Of a DNA stretch of 59,406 nt, positions 53,052 to 59,406 are shown piece after piece. The stretch's first letter is position 1. Every line of letters begins with the position of its first letter. The stretch spans positions 1 through 59,406 of the forward strand of contig CAZFYA010000004.1 in assembly GCA_964523705.1 (NCBI GenBank), read 5' to 3'. Both the position numbers and the translations under genes were made by a program. Source of the stretch: an uncultured Gammaproteobacteria bacterium. GTDB taxonomy: Bacteria; Patescibacteriota; Microgenomatia; Levybacterales; UBA12049. The notes under the pieces are model-generated. The model was not told the origin of the DNA and did not search any database. It was given only the letters and a program-made list of their open reading frames with translations.

Positions 53052-55321
53052 TATTTTTTCTCCCAAGTTGAAAGTGCTTCTTTAGCTTTTTCATCTTCTG
53101 GTGCAATTTTATCTAAAATTAATTTCATTTGCTCAATTGCTTTATTGTGATAATTTCTATCAATAATTTGACCTTGTTCATTAGTTGCTAATTGTTCATA
53201 GAAAATTCCTAAAGCGTAATATGCATCGTAATAATCTGGTCTTAGTTTTATGGTTTTTTGTAAAAGTTCAACTGCTTTTTCATCATCTCCTAATTGTCCG
53301 GAGATTACGGCAAAATTGTAAATAATATTTGCATCGGTTGGGGCAAGTTTATAGGCTTTTTCTATTGCGTCTTTGGCAAGACTTAAATATCTTAGGTCAA
53401 TTTGTGAAAGAGTGTAATATACCCTGGTTTTTGTTTTTAAAAACACTACATTTTTTGGATATTTTTGAGTTAACTCTTCAGTAACCAAGCTTGCTTCCTG
53501 AATAAGAGTTTGAGCAAGTTTTGCAGATTCTGTTGAGTCTTTTTCACTTGCTAAATAGGTTGCTAAAACCGCTGTATTTATAGCGTATTCGTCTCTAAAG
53601 ACAGGTTCTCCTGGTCTTTGTTCAATCGCGCTGATTAAAAACGGCCTTGCTTGTTGATATTCTCTGGCTTTATTTAAATTCATGCCCATAGCATAGCTTC
53701 TGTCAGCGTTCCAAAAAACAATAAGAATAATAAGAAGGTAGAGGCCTATAATCCCAGTAAGTGTTATTAAAATGTATTGTCCTGTTGATAGTTTTTGATT
53801 TTCAGTTTTTTCAACCATTCTTGTTTTTGGCAAAAGAAAGACTTTCTGCTTATCAATTAAATTAAAGATTATTAAAACAAATAATGGAATTAAAAAGAGA
53901 TATATATTTGTTATTACAACCGAAAAGCCAAAAAAGTTTGTAATTAAAATGGCAACGAAAGACAAAACAAGAGCCATTGCCATAAATTTTTCCCCTTTTT
54001 CTTCTTTATGTAATTTTTTAACAGCTTTGTAATAGAGAAAGAAAAATAGGATTATAAAGTAAAGATAAGTTCCAAAGCCAAAGATTCCGGTTGTTGCAAG
54101 GTAGTTTAAGAATTCATTATGAGCCTTGTTGTATAAAAAGTTCCATTCAGAAGTTAAATTATGAGCTTCTGGACGATGGTTGTAATAGGCATAGGCAAAG
54201 GTTTCAACACCGGAGCCAAAAATAGGACTACTTTTCCATATATTTAAAGCGCCCTCCCAGACAATAAATCTAATTTTACTTGAATCGGTTCCGCCTAACT
54301 CTCCCACATGTGGAGCAGGAGTGGGCTCAATTGCTTCTTTGGTAGTTTTTTCTGCTGCTTTATTTTCACTTGCATTTGAAATTAAAGAAGGAAGAGTATA
54401 TTTTTGAAATTTTGCAAACGGAATTGAAGTTATAAAAGTAAGTAATATAAATAGTATTAAAAGATATACGGGAATTAATCTTAAAAATTTATCTTTAATA
54501 ATTTTTAATTTAAAATTATGATAAAGGTAAATACCTAAAATTGAGACAATAGTAATCCAACCTGCAATTGCACCAGACCTTGAAGAGGTATACATTAAAT
54601 CGGCATAAAAAAGCATGCTTAATAAAAGATAGGAAGCGGCAATTAGTATTTTTTTTCTTGTCAGAAAGGCTTTGCTGTCTTTGAGTTTTTCCTTAATTGA
54701 ATCAAAAAACATAAATATTGATATTGGAAGAAGAATTGTAAGGTAAGCAGCCAGCCAATCAGGTTGTCCAAGAGTTGAAAAGATTCTTACCTTTGGTTGA
54801 AAATCATTTGTCCAACAGGAAACATCAAAAGTTCCTCTAAAAATTAAACAGGTTGGATCATAGCCAAAATGAGAGGGAAGTCCCCATAAAGCAACAATAA
54901 GACCGGAGATAAGACTCCATTTTAAAGCTTTTTTAATTTGTTTTAAGGTTGCTAAATTGGAAACAAAAGCGTAGTAAAGAAAAATATAGGCAATTATTGA
55001 ATAAAGCCCACCGTTAAATCTTGAGTAATATCCCCACAGCGAAACATGTTTATCAATTGAGAATATGGTTGATAAGATTTGAGACAGCAAAAACAAAAGG
55101 ATTGGTATATCAAGAGGAGTTCTTTGAATTCTAACTTGTTTTGTAACAATCATTTTACAAATCCATAAAGCCCCAATGATAATAGTAAGAACAAAGGTCA
55201 TCCAAAGTTTGTTAAATTCAAAAAGCTCTGATGTATCACCGGTAAAAGAAAGAGGAACAAGCAAGAATACAGCGTAAAATACGTATTCAATAGCTCTATT
55301 TAAAATATTTTCAAGTTTCAT
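53051..55321 (-). CDS. O-antigen ligase family membrane protein with C-terminal TPR repeats
   Basis: Many TMs; STLGQPDWLAAY, SSRSG, IRFIVW..P.FGSG.ETF, KAHNEFLN; TPR-like C-terminus. Confidence 0.88.
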   Translation of the reverse strand: MKLENILNRAIEYVFYAVFLLVPLSFTGDTSELFEFNKLWMTFVLTIIIGALWICKMIVTKQVRIQRTPLDIPILLFLLSQILSTIFSIDKHVSLWGYYSRFNGGLYSIIAYIFLYYAFVSNLATLKQIKKALKWSLISGLIVALWGLPSHFGYDPTCLIFRGTFDVSCWTNDFQPKVRIFSTLGQPDWLAAYLTILLPISIFMFFDSIKEKLKDSKAFLTRKKILIAASYLLLSMLFYADLMYTSSRSGAIAGWITIVSILGIYLYHNFKLKIIKDKFLRLIPVYLLILFILLTFITSIPFAKFQKYTLPSLISNASENKAAEKTTKEAIEPTPAPHVGELGGTDSSKIRFIVWEGALNIWKSSPIFGSGVETFAYAYYNHRPEAHNLTSEWNFLYNKAHNEFLNYLATTGIFGFGTYLYFIILFFFLYYKAVKKLHKEEKGEKFMAMALVLSFVAILITNFFGFSVVITNIYLFLIPLFVLIIFNLIDKQKVFLLPKTRMVEKTENQKLSTGQYILITLTGIIGLYLLIILIVFWNADRSYAMGMNLNKAREYQQARPFLISAIEQRPGEPVFRDEYAINTAVLATYLASEKDSTESAKLAQTLIQEASLVTEELTQKYPKNVVFLKTKTRVYYTLSQIDLRYLSLAKDAIEKAYKLAPTDANIIYNFAVISGQLGDDEKAVELLQKTIKLRPDYYDAYYALGIFYEQLATNEQGQIIDRNYHNKAIEQMKLILDKIAPEDEKAKEALSTWEKK

Positions 55322-55412
55322 TAATGCAATTTATGTTAGCATATTCAAAAGTCTTGGACAAGATTTAATCCTTATTGGCAAATGTAAAATCTAATGTTAT
55401 TATTTAACTATT

Positions 55413-56528
55413 ATGTTTAAGAAATTGTTTTCATTTTTTTCTCATGACATCGGTATTGATTTAGGAACTGCAAATACTTTAGTTTGGGTAAGAGGGAAAG
55501 GAATTGCAATAAGAGAACCATCGGTTGTTGCAATGCATAAGAAAAGTAAAAAAGTAATTGCTATCGGGACAGAAGCAAAGAAAATGCTTGGGAAAACTCC
55601 GGATATTATTCTTACCATTAAACCTCTTCATGGTGGTGTAATTGCTGATTTTGATGCAACATCTGAAATGATTTCTAAATATATTCAGCAAGTACATGAA
55701 GTAGGAGGGACAATTCCGGTTGCTTGGTCAAGACCAAAAGTAGTTATTGGAATTCCATCTGCTGTAACAGAGGTTGAAAGAAGAGCTGTTTGGGAAGCAG
55801 CGTTAAATGCCGGGGCAAGAGAAGCATTTTTAATTGAAGAGCCAATGGCAGCAGCAGTAGGGGAAGGGATTTCGGTTTTTGCTCCAACAGGAGTAATGGT
55901 AGTGGATGTTGGCGGTGGAACAACTGAAATCGCCATAATTTCTTTAGGCGGAATAGTTGTGAGTAAGTCGTTAAAAATAGCAGGAGAGGATATGGATAAA
56001 GCAATAATTCATTATATCCGTTTAAAACACGGACTATTGTTAGGTGAGAAGACAGCCGAAAACTTAAAAATTAAGATTGGTACGGCTTTTGATAAAAGAC
56101 AAATTAAAAAAGTAAATCCGCCAACTGGCGGAGAAGAAAAAAAACATGAATTTAAAATTGAAAAAGAAGACAAGATGGCTGTTGCCAGAGGAAGAGATAT
56201 TGAAACGGGACTACCAAAAAGCTTAAGGATAACGGAAGTTGAAATCAGAGAAGCCCTATCTCCTGTATTATCGCAAATAATTGATGGGATATCAGATGTT
56301 TTAGAAGAAGCACCCCCTGAATTGACCAGTGATATTTTAGAACATGGAATTTTACTAACCGGTGGAGGATCGCTTCTTCCGGGTTTTGATCATTTAATTG
56401 TTGAACGGACTCACATTCCGGTTATCTTATCTGATGATCCATTAACTTCTGTTGCAAAGGGAACAGGAAAAGTACTAGAAAACGACGAGCTTTTACAAAG
56501 AGTAAAAGTAATTGGTGGACTAAAATAA
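55413..56528 (+). CDS. mreB: Rod shape-determining protein MreB (copy 2, mreBCD-pbp2 operon)
   Basis: IGIDLGTANTLV, PLHGGVIADF, EEPMAAAVG, DVGGGTTE, TGGGSLL. Confidence 0.96.
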   Translation: MFKKLFSFFSHDIGIDLGTANTLVWVRGKGIAIREPSVVAMHKKSKKVIAIGTEAKKMLGKTPDIILTIKPLHGGVIADFDATSEMISKYIQQVHEVGGTIPVAWSRPKVVIGIPSAVTEVERRAVWEAALNAGAREAFLIEEPMAAAVGEGISVFAPTGVMVVDVGGGTTEIAIISLGGIVVSKSLKIAGEDMDKAIIHYIRLKHGLLLGEKTAENLKIKIGTAFDKRQIKKVNPPTGGEEKKHEFKIEKEDKMAVARGRDIETGLPKSLRITEVEIREALSPVLSQIIDGISDVLEEAPPELTSDILEHGILLTGGGSLLPGFDHLIVERTHIPVILSDDPLTSVAKGTGKVLENDELLQRVKVIGGLK

Positions 56529-56534
56529 CTTCTT

Positions 56535-57335
56535 ATGTTAAAAAAAAGAGCCTTAGTTAATGCGTTTTTGGTTGTTTTTGTTCTCTCTATACTATTATTA
56601 ATACTGTCAAACATTGGATTATTAAATGGATTTTCATCAATCATCTCCAAAATTACCACCCCTGTTCAAAAAAGCGTTTACAGTACTTTTGGCCTTATCC
56701 TTCAAAAAGGCAGCGATGATGACTTTAAAAAACTTCAAGAAGAAAATCTTTTGTTAACTAAAAAATTAATTGATCAGGAAAAATTAAAAGAAGACAATCA
56801 AGCTTTAAGAGATCAATTTCAAACTGCAAGCCCTAAATCAACAGAACTTTTGCCCTGCAAGGTTATTAGTTTTCCAAGCTTTATCCCTAATGTTTCAATC
56901 CCTGAAACTTTAATTATTGACAAAGGTACAAGTGATTCCTTAAAGATTGGCCAGGCAGTTATTTTTAAAGATAATTTGGTTGGTAAAGTTGCTAAAACGC
57001 TAAGCAATAAGTCATTGGTATATTTAGTAACACATCCAAGTTTAAATTTTACAGCAGAAATTTTAAACTCCAATACCACAGGAGTAATAAAAGGTCTTGG
57101 GGGAGGAGAAATGGTATTGGATAATGTTTTACTTTCAGATAATCTTGAAAAGGATGAAATTGTTCTTACTAAGGGAGACTTAACAATGGAAAATGTTAAT
57201 TTTCCACAAGGTTTAATTGTTGGGAAGATAACTGCAATTGATAAAAATCCAAGCGCTCTTTTTCAAACTGCCGGTGTAAAAAGCCTTATTGATTTATCAA
57301 ATCTTACAACAGTATTTGTTATTTTGGAAAAATGA
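56535..57335 (+). CDS. mreC: Rod shape-determining protein MreC
   Basis: N-terminal TM, coiled coil, LIIDKGTSD, LVGKV, FPQGLIVGKI; position after mreB. Confidence 0.92.
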   Translation: MLKKRALVNAFLVVFVLSILLLILSNIGLLNGFSSIISKITTPVQKSVYSTFGLILQKGSDDDFKKLQEENLLLTKKLIDQEKLKEDNQALRDQFQTASPKSTELLPCKVISFPSFIPNVSIPETLIIDKGTSDSLKIGQAVIFKDNLVGKVAKTLSNKSLVYLVTHPSLNFTAEILNSNTTGVIKGLGGGEMVLDNVLLSDNLEKDEIVLTKGDLTMENVNFPQGLIVGKITAIDKNPSALFQTAGVKSLIDLSNLTTVFVILEK

Positions 57336-57760
57336 AACAGTGGATACTTTGGTTAATCTTTATTTTAGCTTTCTTTTTTGAAGGCACAATTACAACTCTT
57401 TCTTTGGTTTTGATTTCATTTTTAATATTAATGATTTTTTTAAAAAAGAAAAGCTTATTTTACCTAGCTTTAATAACTGGGGTTATATTGGATATCTTCT
57501 TACTAAGACCTCTTGGTATAACTTCTTTAATGCTAGTTATTTTTCTTTTTCTTATTCATCTCTATGAAAAAAAATTTGAAACTTCAACTAATTATTTTGT
57601 CCTATTATTCTCTTTTTTTGGAAGCTTAATTTACCTTTTTGTTTTAGGGATAGGAAATGCTTTTTTTCAATCTGTTTTTAATGCAATTTTGGCATTAATA
57701 TTAATCAAGTTTTTAATGCATTCAGAAATTAAAAAACCAAAATATAAAATGGCAAAATAA
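57332..57760 (+). CDS. mreD: MreD-like membrane protein
   Basis: Five hydrophobic helices, GVILDIF..RPLGITSL; located between mreC and PBP2. Confidence 0.7.
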   Translation: MKQWILWLIFILAFFFEGTITTLSLVLISFLILMIFLKKKSLFYLALITGVILDIFLLRPLGITSLMLVIFLFLIHLYEKKFETSTNYFVLLFSFFGSLIYLFVLGIGNAFFQSVFNAILALILIKFLMHSEIKKPKYKMAK

Positions 57761-57762
57761 CT

Positions 57763-59406
57763 ATGAATAAAATTGGAATTGCTTTTCCTGAGTATATTTT
57801 TCAAGATAAAAGTAGCAAGAGACCAAGAGATTATCATTTTTCAAAAAGTTCTTTTAGAGAGCATTTTCCGCTAATTCTTTTAGTAGTAATTATTCTTTTT
57901 TTAATAGGAAGAGTGTTTTATCTTCAAGTTATAAGAGGAGCGTATTATCGTTATTTATCTGATAATAATAGGATAAAAACAGTTACGATTCATGCTCCAA
58001 GAGGAATAATTTTTGATAGAGAAAATACTCCTTTAGTCTTTAATGTCCCGGGTTTTAGAAGAATTGTAAACCAAAAAACAGAACTCTTGGAAAACGATAA
58101 AGCTTTAGAATTAATTGCTAATGGAGAGAAAAATTTAGAAGTCGATACATTAAGAAATTACCCATATAAAGAAGAAACTGCTCATCTATTAGGTTTTATT
58201 GGTCAAATTTCAAAAGAAGAATTAAAAGAAGAGGAGTATCTGGATTATGATTTAGGGGATTTAGTTGGGAAAACAGGAGTTGAAAATCAGTACGAAAAAA
58301 ACCTTAAAGGAAAAAACGGACAGCAATTATTTGAAGTAGATAGTTTTGGAAATGAAATAAGAAAACTTGGACAAACAGATCCTGTTTCTGGACAAAATAT
58401 AAAATTAACAATTGACATTAAGCTTCAGGAAGCCGCTTTTAAAGCTTTAGAAGATATTGAAAAAGGAGCAATTATTATTTCAAATCCAAAAGGCGAAATT
58501 TTAGCAATAGTTTCAAAACCCTCATTTGACACAAACTTATTTACAATGGGAGAGGGATATAAGCCCTCATCTTCTTCGGCAAATATCTCAAATATTTTAA
58601 GTGACTCTAAAAATCAACCGATGCTAGATAGAGCAATTTCAGGCACGTATCCGCCCGGCTCAACTTTTAAGCTAATTGTTGCAGCAGCAGGACTTGAGGA
58701 AAAGGTAATTGATGAGAATTTTGAAGTAGAAGATACAGGAATACTTCGAATTGGTGATTTTTCTTTTTCCAATTGGTATTACACAAGTTATGGTGGAAAA
58801 GACGGGGAGGTAAACGTTGTTAAAGGAATAAAAAGGTCAAATGATATTTTCTTTTATAAACTAGCTGAGAAAATAGGCGTTGAGAAGATTTCTAGTTGGG
58901 CTAAAAAATTTGGTTTAGGGAATATCTTAGGAATTAATTTACCAGGAGAAGAGAAGGGAACTGTTCCATCTGTTAAATGGAAAGAAGAGATAATTGGTGA
59001 AACATGGTATTTAGGAGATACTTATAATTTAGGTATTGGACAAGGATATTTACTAACTACGCCTCTTCAGGTAAATTCTTGGACACAAGTAATTGCCAGT
59101 AATGGTAATCTATACCAGCCGAAATTGTTACTAAATGAAAAACAAAAAATAAAGGAAGAAAAACTTTTAAGTGATGAAACAATAAGATTAATTAAAAAAG
59201 GAATGATTGAAAGCTGTAGTCCGGGGGGTGTTGCTTGGCCACTTTTTAATTTTAAAGTAAAAAATGAAGACTTAAAAATTGATGGTAAGAACTTTTTAGA
59301 AGTTCCCTTGTCTTCCGGCTCTGCCGACTTAAGAGAAATTTCTATTGCTTGTAAAACCGGAACTGCAGAGCAGGGAGGAAAAGAGGCTTTGCCTCATGCC
59401 TGGATT
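57763..59406 (+). CDS. mrdA: Penicillin-binding protein 2 (class B), 3' end runs off the window
   Basis: Not in the ORF track (no stop in window). TM; YLQV, APRGIIFDR, RNYPY, GKTGVE, TYPPGSTFK (SxxK), SNDIFFY, ACKTGTAE. Confidence 0.93.
   Translation, partial: MNKIGIAFPEYIFQDKSSKRPRDYHFSKSSFREHFPLILLVVIILFLIGRVFYLQVIRGAYYRYLSDNNRIKTVTIHAPRGIIFDRENTPLVFNVPGFRRIVNQKTELLENDKALELIANGEKNLEVDTLRNYPYKEETAHLLGFIGQISKEELKEEEYLDYDLGDLVGKTGVENQYEKNLKGKNGQQLFEVDSFGNEIRKLGQTDPVSGQNIKLTIDIKLQEAAFKALEDIEKGAIIISNPKGEILAIVSKPSFDTNLFTMGEGYKPSSSSANISNILSDSKNQPMLDRAISGTYPPGSTFKLIVAAAGLEEKVIDENFEVEDTGILRIGDFSFSNWYYTSYGGKDGEVNVVKGIKRSNDIFFYKLAEKIGVEKISSWAKKFGLGNILGINLPGEEKGTVPSVKWKEEIIGETWYLGDTYNLGIGQGYLLTTPLQVNSWTQVIASNGNLYQPKLLLNEKQKIKEEKLLSDETIRLIKKGMIESCSPGGVAWPLFNFKVKNEDLKIDGKNFLEVPLSSGSADLREISIACKTGTAEQGGKEALPHAWI

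Overview
Low-GC (roughly one-third) bacterial chromosome segment using genetic code 11 (TGA ends ORFs, tRNA-Trp is CCA). Gene content and style suggest a Patescibacteria/CPR genome of the Microgenomates group; this is inference and no search was run. The left 18.5 kb is a surface-structure region. It holds (i) a 2863-aa protein whose N-terminus is two tandem XerC/XerD-type core-binding (SAM-like) domains with no recombinase catalytic domain, then one TM helix and a ~2450-aa fibre-like repeat region; (ii) a 28-bp dif-like site ~35 bp upstream of that gene; (iii) a DUF2341/LamG-repeat gene starting 2 bp downstream and running off the left edge; and (iv) a WxL/DUF916-like two-subunit, two-partner cluster. 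The rest is mostly housekeeping: leuS, comEA/split comEC, a two-component module, argS, M16 peptidase, ndk, alkD-like, sortase, two mreB, the secE-nusG-rplKA-rplJL block, rpmG, rpmB, fmt, def, mreC, mreD and partial PBP2. It also has six intact tRNAs, an L10 leader attenuator and a 6S-like RNA. The most striking non-coding oddity is an intact tRNA-Pro(CGG) nested, between 11-bp inverted repeats, in the anticodon position of a second split tRNA-Pro-like gene. Short GC-rich palindromes and heptamer tandem repeats sit in-frame in several genes. All calls come from motif reading by eye.
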